A DNA stretch of 64,000 nt from Eledone cirrhosa (Eukaryota): NCBI GenBank assembly GCA_964016885.1, contig OZ024740.1, positions 24,862,001 to 24,926,000 on the forward strand, in the 5' to 3' direction. Position 1 is the first letter of the stretch. Every line of letters starts with the position of its first letter. The notes beneath the pieces were generated by a model, which was not told the DNA's origin, did not search any database, and was given only the letters and a program-made list of their open reading frames with translations. Below are positions 1-13,053 of the stretch, in pieces. A program made the translations under genes and the position numbers.

Positions 1-2565
1 TTAGATATTATTCTAATTTCTATGTTGTCTATGTTACCGTCATGTTGTTGTCTGGCATGTTTGTATAGCACTGACCCATTTTTTCGTCCTTTTAGTTCCT
101 CCCAGTGTTGGTCTATCCTTTCACCTATGCTACGAGCTGTCTCGCCTATGTATGTTGTTGTCATGTTTCTGCAATTACCCTCTGTACATCTTATGCTATA
201 GACTACGTTTCTAGTTTTACAGTTTATCCGGGGGTTTACCTTACATATGATACATTTCCTATTAGTACAGTGGGTTTTCTTAAAAGGGTAGGTTTTGCTG
301 ATCAGGGATTTTATGGTGGTTCCTGGCTTTTCTACCACCTTAATTTTTAAGTGGGTCTTTCTCAGGGCCTTTCTACACTGGTTAGCTAATTTCCCTCCAG
401 GGGTAGCGTCCACAAACATGACACTCTGGTATCTCTGGTTGTCATACCATGAGGTGGCTTTCCCTATCTTATGTCTAGCCCTATCTAAGCTATTCCATGA
501 TTTTCTCCTGTATAATGGGCAAATTCCTTTCATGTCCAGTTCTATGAGGGTCTTATACTTCTCCATGGCTCCTTCGTATACTCTGACTCTGTCTTTTTGG
601 TTGTAGCCAGAGAACTGCATGCGGTTGATGAAGTGTTTGATGTGTCTTTCCATTTCTGTTGGGTCGCACATGCGGGACACATTCTTCATCACTCGTATCA
701 AATCTGCGATCAGAATATTAAACTTAGCACTACTGGACATTGCTGAGTTTTTGAGTATCAGGTATTTGGAGGCCATGGGTTTAGCATAGTGTGAGTGGAG
801 AATTTGGGCTCTCTCGTCTATAGCATTAATCCAGAGTTCTGTGTCTAATACAGGTAGTCTATTGTTAGGGTGTTTGGAAGGGAAGTCGATAGTTACAGTT
901 ATACTCTGGTGTATGGAATTAGCTATCTGCTGGATGCTTTCCATTGTGCTACGTTCTAAATCAAACTTGTTAGTGCTCTCTAGTGGGGATGTTCTTATAA
1001 CTATATTGATATCGTCTACATAACGAGAGAACATGATGAGGTCTATGGAGCTCTCATTAAGGAGATCTTTAAGTCTCCTTTCCCACCATACCATGAAAAG
1101 GTTGGCAACATCACCAGTTATGATGACGCCAATGGCTGCTCCTTCATTTTGGGTGTAGATCTTCTCGTTGAATTTAAATATGTGGCCCTTGAGGGTAGTT
1201 TTGATACTAGCCTCTATTGCATGTGCGACAATTTTTCTTACCTGATCATTGTTTTGTGGGGTCCGTATAGCTTTGGTCCACCCAATCCACCTTCCCATGG
1301 GAGTCTTTTTTGCCATTGAGGTTATGGTGGGGGGGGGGGGGTCTACCTCTTATTGGTCTACTAGGGCAGAAACGTCTAAGGTCATGGCTGTCTAGGTAGT
1401 CAGTGTCGTAGGTAAGTCTAAGTAGGAGGCCCAGTTCGTCTGTGTCGACGTCGCAGAACTCCACCTCACTCTCAATGATCATCTCCACACATTTTTTCAC
1501 AGCAAAATCAATGTTAATGGATGAGTACAGTGACACTACATCCATGCTGCCTATTATGCAGTTGGATAGGTTCCTGTTTTTGTTGCACTCACTGACTCTG
1601 CTGAGGAGGTCCTCTGTACTGTCACATACATCCGGGGACATCTTGATTATGGGGCGTATAAAATATAGAGAGGAAGTAGGAGATCCTCTAGTAACTAGCT
1701 ATATTAGTTCCGCATACGGGTCTTGTTGGTGGTCCCGTTGTCGGGCCGTCGACTGTCTTGTGGTCTTTGCGGAGCCCATACAAGGGTGGTATGCCATTGT
1801 TAGACGCCTGGAAGTTGTTGACAGTGCGTCTGCTTGGCTTTAGGATATCAGTCCACATCATCATGTGAGCGTTGAGGATTTTCTCTCTCACATCGTGTGT
1901 TTGTTGTGCAATTTCGCTCGTGTTGGTGATGTGGGGTTGCATAGCCTTGATGTAGTTCGGCATGCTATCTATTGACATCCTACCAGACTTATCCGTGGGT
2001 AGACATGCTACCTCACCATCCCTTGTGCGCTGCTTGAGGCTAACCAAGCCTTCTACAGGTTTCCTCACAAGTCGTTGGGCCTCTGGTCTGCTCTGTCTCT
2101 CAGTATACCTGTCTACTATTTGTCTAATCTTATTTCTAGCTATGTGAACTGTGCCTCTGTCTCGTCATCTATTTGTTGTGGTATGCAAACTCTTTTATTA
2201 AAGGGTAACCTCGTAGGATAGATATTACCCATCTTATATGTTTTGTCAGCTGGGTTGAATAATAGTTTCTCTAAGGGTTTGTCATTATATCTATCGCCAT
2301 AGTTGTGTGTGTTGCTGTTATTGTTATCATGGTGGTTGTTGTTGTTCCTATCATTAGCATTATTATTATTGTTATGATTGCTAGATGTATTGTTGTTTAC
2401 TTCACCGTTATTGTTGTTGTTACTGTTATTTCTACCATTGTGGTTGTTACTATTATTATGTTTCTTGTTTTTGTTGTGTCTATCATTAATGTTGCTACAT
2501 GTATTATTTCTATTATTACCACTGTGGTTATTGTTGTTGTTGTTCAAAATAAAATAAACAAACAA
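1..2565 (-). pseudogene. Frameshifted PLE ORF (reverse transcriptase + GIY-YIG endonuclease)
   Basis: ORF pieces 2140-2565, 1688-2068 and 1246-1641, then RT, thumb and GIY-YIG motifs from ~1330 to the window edge. One frameshift sits at the G-run 1328-1341. Confidence 0.88.
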
Positions 2566-2643
2566 GCAAACAAATAAACAAATATATAGACAGACTGAAT
2601 AAAAATGGCGTAGCCATACAATTCAACAGGAGGAAACAATAGA

Positions 2644-2685
2644 ACCACTGACGATGTTGTAGATGTGCAACGAAAGATTTATGAT
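2644..2685 (+). ncRNA. Minimal type I hammerhead ribozyme in PLE1 pLTR (slightly decayed)
   Basis: ACCA-CTGACGA-T-GTTGTA-gatg-TGCAAC-GAAA-GATT-TA-TGAT; stem I has one mismatch. Confidence 0.7.
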
Positions 2686-2941
2686 AAACTATATATATGT
2701 GTTTGTGTCTATATTGTATCTGTATTATTTTTGACCGTCGGTCAGTCAATGGCAACATTGAGGACCGAGTATATTATATTATATTAGATTACCGATATAA
2801 AAGACACAGAAGCGAAAAGCGAAAACCAACCAAACAGTGAGTGTGTTCTGTTATTAATTCTGGCAATATTACACAAATATGACCCTCCCCAAGTATAACA
2901 ATATTTGTTTCGACACACGATTTCATATAAAAAACTCGCAA

Positions 2942-3020
<79 letters not shown>

Positions 3021-3030
3021 TATGAATATA

Positions 3031-3069
<39 letters not shown>

Positions 3070-3278
3070 CGTTTCTGAATTTGTTTAGCAAGATTCTTTA
3101 TCTGAAATCGTGTGTTGAAACCGATATTGTTATACTTTGGGAGGGTCATGTTGCCAATAAGAAACACACGCACCAGTTGCTTTCACTTCAATTTAATTTA
3201 TTAAATATTTATAAATTTACAAATTTATAAATTTCTGGTTGGTTGGTTGGTTCCACAACCAGATAGTTGTTTATATAT

Positions 3279-3323
3279 AGTCATAGTTCTTTCGTCACAC
3301 ACTCTGTGACCTCTTCAGTGACT
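3279..3323 (-). ncRNA. Minimal type I hammerhead ribozyme, PLE2 3' pLTR
   Basis: Reverse complement of 5125-5169. Confidence 0.8.
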
Positions 3324-5124
3324 GGGGATTTCTTTCTTCGTTTCTGTGCCTTTCCTTTCTTCTATCCTACGCCATTTTGTTTGTGTGTGGGTTGCGTGCT
3401 CAGTTTGCGCATGCGCCACATCCGGGTGTCTGTGTGTGTTTGTGTTCATTTTTCTATTTTTCTATTTATATTTTTCTATTTGTTTGTTTATTTATTTATT
3501 TATTGTTGGTTGGTTGTTTGTTCTATGTGTGTGTGTGTTTTCATTTTGTCGTGTGTGTGTTTTCATTTTGTGTGTGTTTTCAATTGTAAGTTGTTTGTTC
3601 TATGTGTGTGTGTGTGTTTTCATTTTGTCCTTAATTGTAAGTTGTGATGTTGCTGTTCCACTCATATTTTCTATTTAATTTTGGTTTTAATTCTTTTATG
3701 CTTACTGCCTCTGTAATTTGCCTAAACATTGCGTCTTTCTTGTGTGTGGATTCTATTTTTATTTCTATGCTCTCTAATTTACCCCTGTGTTCTATCTTAG
3801 CATGTTGGTAGAGCACATATGATTCTTTATTATCTTGGAGGTCTCGCCAGTGTTCATTTATTCGTTCCCCTATACTACGAGCTGTCTCACCTATGTACAC
3901 TACATTTTTGTTTCTACATTGTCCTTCAGTACATCTTATGCTATATACTACATTTCTAGTTTTACAGTTAATATGGGGGCTTATTTTACAGGTTATACAT
4001 TGCTTATCTATACATGAGGGTCTTTGGAACGGGTATGTCTTGCTAATAAGTGTTTATACGGAGGTACCAGGTCTTTCTACTATCTTAATATTGAGATTAT
4101 GTTTCTTTAGGGCCCTTCTAAATTTGTAGGCTAGTTCGCCTCTAGGGGTTGTATTGATGAACATTACACTCTGGTATTTATTGCTATCATACCATGAGTT
4201 TATTCTATTGGCCTTGTTCTTAGTTCTTTCTATTCTATTCCAAAATTTGCTCCTATACAAGGGGCAGGTCCCATTTATGTCATTATTTACCATTTTTTCC
4301 CATTTGGTTCTGGCTCCTTTATACACTCTGATTCTATCTCTCTGATTGTAGCGAGAGAACTGCATACGGTGGATGAAGTGTTGTATGTGTCTCTTTAGTT
4401 CTTCGGGGTTGCACATGCGGGACACATTTCTCATCACCCGTACCAAATCCGCAATCAGTATGTTGATTTTGGTATGGTCCGAAATGGCCGAGTTTCGGTG
4501 GATCAGATGTTTGGAAGTCATGGGTTTGGCATAATGGGAATGGAGGATTTGTTTTTGGTTGTTAATAGTATCTAACCAGAGCTCTGTGTCTAGTACAGGT
4601 AATCGATGGTTGGGGTGTCTACTTGGGTAGTCTATAGTAACTCTAATGCTCTGGTGGATGGAGTTTGCTATTTGCTGGATGCTTTCCAAAAATAGAATCC
4701 ACACACAAGAAAGACGCAATGTTTAGGCAAATTACAGAGGTAGTAAGCATAAAAGAATTAAAACCAAAATTAAATAGAAAATATGAGTGGAACAGCAACA
4801 TCACAACTTACAATTAAGGACAAAATGAAAACACACACACACACATAGAACAAACAACTTACAATTGAAAACACACACAAAATGAAAACACACACACGAC
4901 AAAATGAAAACACACACACACATAGAACAAACAACCAACCAACAATAAATAAATAAATAAACAAACAAATAGAAAAATATAAATAGAAAAATAGAAAAAT
5001 GAACACAAACACACACAGACACCCGGATGTGGCGCATGCGCAAACTGAGCACGCAACCCACACACAAACAAAATGGCGTAGGATAGAAGAAAGGAAAGGC
5101 ACAGAAACGAAGAAAGAAATCCCC

Positions 5125-5169
5125 AGTCACTGAAGAGGTCACAGAGTGTGTGACGAAAGAACTATGACT
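5125..5169 (+). ncRNA. Minimal type I hammerhead ribozyme, PLE2 inverted pLTR
   Basis: AGTCA-CTGAAGA-G-GTCACA-gagtg-TGTGAC-GAAA-GAAC-TA-TGACT, with perfect stems I and II. Confidence 0.82.
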
Positions 5170-5316
5170 ATATATAAACAACTATCTGGTTGTGGAACCA
5201 ACCAACCAACCAGAAATTTATAAATTTGTAAATTTATAAATATTTAATAAATTAAATTGAAGTGAAAGCAACTGGTGCGTGTGTTTCTTATTGGCAACAT
5301 GACCCTCCCAAAGTAT

Positions 5317-5359
<43 letters not shown>

Positions 5360-5360
<1 letters not shown>

Positions 5361-6149
5361 TTTTCGTTGCTTCACCATCTTTGTTTGTTTACACTCTCGC
5401 TTCTCCCTTTATTTACGTGTCCTAACGACTTTCTTTAGCCGTTGCTCGCACCAACCGGAGGGATGGTTGGAAGATCACTGATGAAGGACCAACTTTATTC
5501 ATATGTAACCCATTTACAACCACGCAGCACGTTTATTCTCATATTTACACATATATTTTCCCTCGTTGTGACCCGTCTATTTCGTTCTTACTGCTTCCTC
5601 TTTCTCTGTATCTTTACTCTCTCTAACAGTCACTCTCTTTGTTAGCCTCTTCCTCACCCTTCACTCACTCACTCTCTGTTACTGCCTCTCCTCCTCCTCC
5701 TCCTTCTTCCTGTTTGACCTGTGCGTAATTCTTTTCTTTCGCACGCTTGGCCAGGCCGGTTCCCCTTTATTCTCTTCTCTCTCTCGTCTACGATTTCACA
5801 GAACTTATGTTCACCGAATTCAGGGACTAGACTCCTTCTTCCTCCCGTTTGACCTGTGCGGAATTCCTTCCTTGCTTACATTTCAACCAGGTTTGATGGT
5901 CTTTATTCTCTCTCGTTCACGATTTCACCGAACTTATATTCATGGAAATTTGGGACTTGACTCGTTCTTCCTCATTTTTCGTTGCTTCACAATCTTTGTT
6001 TGTTTACATTCTCGCTGTTCCCTTTATTTACGTGTCCTAACGACTTTTTTTAGTCGTTGCTCGCACCAACCGGAGGTATATGATCTTTAAAGCGAAGTAA
6101 TACCGAGGATGGTTGGAAGATCACTGATGAAGGACCAACTTTATTCATA
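5360..6149 (+). mobile_element. Non-coding ~620-nt element with terminal direct repeats, copy A
   Basis: Direct repeats 5361-5505 and 5976-6149. Homologous to 23501-24193 (minus strand). Flanked by (TA)n. Confidence 0.8.
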
Positions 6150-6223
6150 TATATATATATATATCTATATATATATATATATATATATGAATATATATAT
6201 GAATATATATATATATATATGAG

Positions 6224-6268
<45 letters not shown>

Positions 6269-6407
6269 ATGTGTGTGTGTATGAATGTATATATGTATTT
6301 GTGTATGTATGTGTTGTGTATCTTTCTATATATATCCGTATGTGTCTGTGCGTGTGCATGCTTGAGGTAGGAAGAAAGAATACGTTTACATTCATTTACT
6401 CCCAAAC

Positions 6408-6467
<60 letters not shown>

Positions 6468-8445
6468 ATATATCCACACGTTCCGGTCTTCTTTAGCACC
6501 TCTGCCATTACATTTATAGACATGGTCACGCATAGAAGGCGAACATCCCTGCTGTCGGCCATTGACATATCCCACATGCGTACACTAACTTAAGTATATG
6601 CTCACATAATTTTACATACTATCTAGAGCTGTTTTCACACACACATTCATTTGCACATATATACTCCCCTATGGACGAACTTTCACACGAACTCTGACGT
6701 AGCACGGATATAGTGCTCGAACTTAAACACATATTCATAGACATAAACAGACACACACACACATATATACGCACACAATGCAATTCTATACTAACAGTGA
6801 TCATTTAACCACCGTTGCTTTAGCGCACCATAAATTACAAGTGCAGCCTCGTCTGATATATTGCCGATTTAGTACACGGGTCGCTAATGCCGAGTGAACG
6901 ACTTCAGTGAGTCGGTTTATGGCATGCAAGAGGCACTTACGGCGCTGATATAACGACATTTGTCCGATCACATGACTCATTTTAGGCGCCATCTTGTGAT
7001 TGTGTGAGCATCGATCGATTTTCCCTTTCGCTTTAAACGTTCAGTTTCTAAATGCTTGTTATATTTGCTGGTGATGAATATGAAGTGAGCATTGGTGCTG
7101 GTGATGATCGAGTTATTTTTAATGATGGAGTAGGAATTGGTGTTGGTTGTGAGCCTTTAACAGTATTTAGTAGTCGTGTAGTTGTGATAGCTGTTTCTCT
7201 TGCTAGTGTACATGCTGGTTCAGGATATGGCTGCTGTTGTCACCGTTATATAGGCTGTTGTTGGTACTGTTATAAATGTTGTTTGGAAGTTATTTATGGC
7301 CGTCGCTAGAGATGTTCCTATTTTATGGAAATTTTGTTGGATATGTTAGTATGGCTGCCGTATTAGGTTTAAACATTTATGATTATACTTTTGTCCTTTG
7401 TTGTTCTGAGGACGTTTTTATTGTTGCTGTTGTTAGCTTTGCTGCTGCTATCGTCGTTTCCTTTAAAACTGTCCAGTTAGAGAGCGTCATTGCTCAAAGG
7501 CACTCTAACCTGGACCATATCACATTTTGTCAGGTATTCCTCTCTTAAGAATATTTTATACTCTTTTCGAAGTTAGAATTTCGTTTGAAAAAAATTGGTA
7601 TTTTTTAACAGCGTGAATAAACACTGTCTGTCAGTGATATGTTTGGTGGCGGCGTTGAGCTGGAGTTTGTGATGAAAGAGGAATTTGATTTGATCTTGGT
7701 ATTTAGAACTTTAGATACTTATATAAGAAGAAAATAATCCAACGAGATTTGGTTGGATATTGTTGGTATTTATATGTCGTTGGTAGAATTGATTATCGAG
7801 ATACAACTAAAAATCATAGTCAAACCAAACTGAAATAAAATTGTAATGAAGGACATGGCTAACACAGACAGTATGCAGTTAAACAGTGGCATCTAGGTGA
7901 TTGCTAAAAATAGGAACTATGTCATACTCAAGCATAGGCATGGTGAATATCATAACTTTGTGTCCAATTATCACATGGCAAAGCTATCACTATCACACAA
8001 CAAAACATCCGAACAGGCTCACCACAAACACCAATTCCAACATCACCATAAACAAATATCAAGACCAAGACCAACTTCAATGTTCACCATATATGCATTA
8101 ATGCCAACAGCAAATATGTCATGGGAAAAAAAAACAGGATATTCACCGCTGAGAAGATTAAATGATAGCGTGACGGTTTAGGCTTGAACTTGAGGCAAAT
8201 GACAGAAAGGATAAACAGAAAGAACAATTTAACCAAAAAGTCACGACAAACATGGTTTGCCGTATATACTGACATGTAAAATGGTTTAAACAATTCTAGG
8301 AAGCAATCCGTGATAAGGAGAGAGAGAGAAGCCATTCCAGCGGTTCTTATGTATCGATCTATATCAGCCAGTTGTTTAATATATTGCTATGTACATCTTC
8401 GCCCAGCCTTCTATAACCCATGGCAACGTCATCGAAGATTAGATG

Positions 8446-8536
<91 letters not shown>

Positions 8537-8751
8537 TGAAGGCGTGTGGCTGATTGGTAAGAGAACTGGATTCGCAATCGTGAGGTTGTCAGTTCGATTC
8601 CTGGACCAGCCGATGTGTTATGTCCTTCAGCAAGTCACTTTATTTCACGTTGCTCCTTCTACCTGGAGTTGCGACCGATAGATAGTATTAGCAATTGGAA
8701 AGACCAACGGAAACATTGTTTCCTCGATCCGATTTGACGGAAGTCGATCGA
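8537..8751 (+). mobile_element. tRNA-derived SINE
   Basis: A box TGGCTGATTGG, B box GTTCGATTCC, and central GCAAGTCACTTTATTTCACGTTGCTCC shared with 43815, 49905, 55020, 55449 and 55909. Confidence 0.8.
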
Positions 8752-8752
8752 C

Positions 8753-8785
<33 letters not shown>

Positions 8786-8925
8786 CGTATACATATATAC
8801 ATGTATATGTATATATATTTAGATCCAGTCTTCTTCTCAACAAGAAAGATAATCAAACTTGCCTCACCACTTAATTTTACATCTTTAATTTTTAATTTTC
8901 TTGTTTCTTTTTAATTGTAGTACTC

Positions 8926-8974
8926 AACATTTTGATAAGATGGATTTCGGTGATACATCGAAACCGGTTATATT
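8926..8974 (+). ncRNA. Hammerhead-like motif, U3-A8 core variant
   Basis: TTGATAA-GATG..CATC-GAAA-CCGG-TT; stem I is weak. Confidence 0.55.
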
Positions 8975-9148
8975 TTATATATTTTATGTACATTATAAAA
9001 CTCTTTTTTAAAAGAATTGTCCTTCTCAATTTTTTCAATAATGTCACTGATGGATCAATGAAGGAAAAGAGAGAAAAACAGATCCTTTAATATATTTTCT
9101 GTGCTATTACCAATTTCAACATTTGCTCTCTCTCTCTTTCTCTCTCTA

Positions 9149-9236
<88 letters not shown>

Positions 9237-9238
<2 letters not shown>

Positions 9239-12040
9239 GAATGAAGAATAACATGGGCCGCTAATCGCTCGAAGTTGCATCACTAGATCTTCATTACATT
9301 ATTTACCTCTGACTCAAGATATATTTATAGAGAAATAGCGTATAATCAAACCGATTAAATCAATAATAAAATATATGATACATAGATAAAGAAGTTACAG
9401 ATGTAAAAAGTAAAAGATAAGAAAAAAGATACAGTAAAAAGTAAGAAAATGGAAAAATAAGAAAAATATAAAGAAATAAGGATAAGTGAGAGCATATAAG
9501 AACAGAATATGATAGTGGTGGTGGTGACTAAGTTTCCGTATAAGGATGCTGTGGTGGATTTAGTGCTAACATGAAAAGTCATATTCGAAACATATATAGA
9601 TACGTGTAGAGAGTCTGAGCTAGTGGTAGATGAAAAAAAAGCTTTTGAATTAGAGATTAATTGGGAGATACTAGTATAGGACCAAAGGGCTAAGGGTGGA
9701 TGGTGAAGGGAGGTTTGACAAATGTGTGTGGTAAATGTTTTGCTGATTGTCTTGTCTTAATGGGGTTGATTCCGTTTCAGGGAGAGAGGGTGAAATAGAT
9801 GTTAAGAGATTTATGATCTAGTGACCAGTCGGCTGTTTGACAGCCAATAGTGGTGTGATGGTATATATTCCATATGTTAAAATCCAGATGCTTCAGTTCT
9901 AATTTTGCGATTACTTGCTCGAATCACGGTGGTTTGAAATTTGTGAACTTGGTAGCTATTTTATGCCTACAGAAAATTGATGTTTCTATTTTGCTGTTAA
10001 GCATCTTATCGTACCTTAACATATGGAATAGCTCCATATTGCAAAGTCTGCAATGGGACATTCCATTGTCGTAGGCCCTTTGACCAGCTAATCCTATATT
10101 CCTGGTTTGTGTTTTTAATCTGCCCGATTTTATTGGCGAGCGTCGTAGAGACCTCCAGTCTATGGATCTTCATGGAGTGTCTATGAACGTACCACCTTCT
10201 TTTGAACTCCCCAGCCGTGGAACCTAGGTAGTGCCAAGTAAAGTTGCCTGAATTTACAGTACACAGGTACACCATACTCGAATCCAGGCATCTATTTTGT
10301 AGTGGACACTTATGCGGTAGGTGGCAGTTACATTTGGAGGCTTTTCTGTGTGCAGGTTCTCCGTTGCGGTTTTGTATATTGTTGTGGGTGGGTTGCGATT
10401 TAGGTCTATTAGCGTTTTGTTGTGATGCGCCCTGATGTATGTGTGGTTGCGATGTTGTGTTTGCGTTTTGTACAATGGTGTATGTTGGTAGGTTACTTTC
10501 TTTAGAGATATTTTTGTGTTTGATTTTATGTCTGTGTGATTCTATGTTGGCTGCAGTAGAGTAAGATAGTTGATAGTTCTTCTATTAAATATTCTATGCT
10601 ATTTGTGTAGTTTAGGGAAGTGTTTGTCTATTAGCTTAAAGAATGTAGCAGGTAGTTTGGTTTTTATAGATGATTTGAATATTGGATTTCCTATCTCTGG
10701 ATCTTCTATAGTTCTTTGGGATCCTTATATTAGTGTTCGGTTCAGTTATTTTTGGTGCTCGTTGTCTAATTCTATGTTTAGTCATATGTTTGTTATTTCT
10801 ATAGGTGTGGGTAGTGTAGTTGTCGTTAGGTTTGTTGCTGCTGTCTCTATATGTTATGTATTTTAGCCCCTCCTTATGTCCTGCCTTATGTAAAGATATG
10901 TTATAATAGTCTGCGTGTTCATTGAAAATCTCTAGGTTAGAAGACAGGCTGGATATTCTGAGGGCTATACTATGTGCTATGGAGTTAATTATGGATCGGG
11001 GTGGTTTGAGATATAACTAATGTAGGCTAGATTCTCGTTATTTTTGTGGAAGGGCTCTATTAATCCTGTGTTTAGGTTGAGTGTTACATCTAAGAAGTTT
11101 GCTTTTTTAGAGTTAAGTTCGAAAGTGATACCTAAGCCTAGTTTGTTGAAGAAAACTGATGTTTTTCCGTAATTTTTCCATGTTTTGATTATTTAAGTTT
11201 TTGGCTAAAAGGAGTGTGTCGTCTCTATAAATTCCTCCCTGGAGGATATTGAATTCCTTATGTAAGTTGTGCGCTATATATATTCCCACTAAGTCCGTTA
11301 CCTGTGCTGAGTCGTTAGATCCCATTGTGATATCGAAGCTATTCTGTTTGTTTTTTCGTTCCCAGTAACTAGTTTCAAATCTAATGATAGTTTTCCTAGC
11401 CGCTAGTATTATTTTAATTTCGTCCGAGGTAAGGTCCGAAGTTTTCTGGACAAAAGTTAGCGCTTTATCTAGGGTGACTGGGGATGTGGATGAGTAGTAG
11501 TCATTACTGTCCAACTGTACGAAGTTGTATATTTCTCTACTGTCTATTTTGCTGAACCAGTCTATTGCTTCGTTAGTGTTACCCCATAGCTTAATTAGTA
11601 GTTTGTCCTTGATTTGTGCGATTACTCTATCTAGTATATATACTTGCTAATTCTACCTATAACCAACTTCGATGGGCATATTTATCTAATTGCGGGGTCT
11701 GTTTCGAAATTGTTTTTGTGATCCTTTAGGCTAAATGTGGGTTACAAGGGGTTAGAGGCCCGGTTCTATCAGATATTTTCAGTTTTTTTACTCTGCTAAA
11801 TCCTTCCTTATTAATGCTAGTGAGTGCAGATTCTGTGGTTTTCTTGTATTTTGTTGTGCAGTTCACGGCGTATAAAGTTGTTGTAGGTATTAAGGCTCAT
11901 GGTGTATACATTTGATGTTTTGTCCGCTTCTACTATAATACCGTTGGTGCTACGTAGTTTTTTTAGTAGTGCATTGATGTCGTTTTGCAGTTTGTTGTGA
12001 TGTGTCCGTTTTTTTAATGTGGTTCCTCTTATCATGTTCA
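9237..12040 (-). mobile_element. Penelope-like retroelement 3 (YRDD-type RT, possibly Nematis clade), decayed
   Basis: ADKTSNVY (11817-12041); FDITMGSNDSAQVTDLVGIY and GGIYRDDTL (11113-11514); GIY-YIG VYLCTV..YLGSTAGEFKRRWYVH (10006-10275) with CPL..CL and a C-terminal CRH. Multiple frameshifts; bounded by (TA)n. Confidence 0.9.
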
Positions 12041-12152
12041 TATATATATTAAAAAGTGTCGGGACCTGACGGCTGAGCCTCAGCTAATTCTAGATAAGTA
12101 CTCCTTTGAACGAACCCAAATATCGAATACTGATATATATATATATATATAA

Positions 12153-12210
<58 letters not shown>

Positions 12211-12216
<6 letters not shown>

Positions 12217-12890
12217 GTGAGGTTTTTTTACAAAATGAAAAATAACCGAGGTGTCCTACACGAGTGAAAGTATAAAGAAAAAAAGATGAATTCGAAAATG
12301 AAACTGGAGTCTTATTTTTTAAAAAAATATATATATTTATTTGGTTCCTTCACCGGTTTCACAGTTCTTATGCTTTTCAAAAGTAGAGTTGAGATGGAGG
12401 GTCTGTGGTTTTTCTCACATCTGGTTGGTCTCTGAATGTTACTTGTTTTATATGGAAAAAGTGGCTCGAAATGCCAGGTTTTTAGAGAAGTAATTTGATT
12501 GGTTGGTCAATAATTATAATAAATTTCGCGCCAGTTCACGTTACAAAGTTCTTCAAACAAGGGGGGGGGGTCACAGGTTGTTTTTTCATATATGAGTGTT
12601 TGAATTTCTTTTTACTTAAAAAGGCTCACGAAGGCTTTTTTTTTTAATAAACGTAATTTGATTGGTTATAAATGAAATTATGGCTGTCACGTGAACACGT
12701 TTCATTAAATTTTCGCGCCCTTATTTGGTTATCTATTCTGTAGCCTTTTTAGAGAATTTTATGACAAGTAAAAGATAATGGTCAAGAGAAATTGGATGGG
12801 AGAATTGTTCTGTTTCAGTGAATATGGTTAGTTCGCTGGGGTGTCAGAATTCAGATTTTCTATTGAAGATATGTATGTTTATTTGTGTGA
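12211..12890 (-). mobile_element. Solo PLE pLTR-like element (family also at 30731-31090 and 49565-49680)
   Basis: Near-identical terminus AGAAAGTGAG..AAATGAAAATAACCGAGGTGTCCTACACGAG also at 30734. Carries a U3-A8 HHR motif at 12348-12383. Confidence 0.7.
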
Positions 12891-12902
12891 TTGTGTGTGA
12901 GT

Positions 12903-12945
<43 letters not shown>

Positions 12946-12946
12946 T

Positions 12947-13053
<107 letters not shown>

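Larger units (their letters stand above)
1..2945 (-). mobile_element. Penelope-like retroelement 1, near full length, running off the left edge, with inverted pseudo-LTR at 2546-2945
   Basis: Minus-strand motifs: Asn-rich N-terminal tract, PTDKSGR, PPLYGLRKDHK..PTRPV, SMDVVSLY, MFSRYVDDIN (~1010-1040), LPVLDTELW, and GIY-YIG NVVYSIRC...YIGETARSIGERI (~110-220). Frameshifts lie between 2140 and ~1330. The plus-strand pLTR with HHR ends at a (TA)n tract. Confidence 0.92.
3068..5324 (-). mobile_element. Penelope-like retroelement 2, 5'-truncated, with inverted pLTR (3124-3760 vs 4688-5324)
   Basis: ORFs 4054-4687 (LPVLDTELW, HSHYAKPM) and 3631-3900 (YIGETARSIGERINEH) are homologous to PLE1. The 637-bp inverted repeat is near perfect, and (TA)n flanks both sides. 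Confidence 0.93.

Noticed and set aside
9237-9360. Hammerhead in the PLE3 pLTR
   Set aside because: One is expected by analogy, but no complete core could be read.
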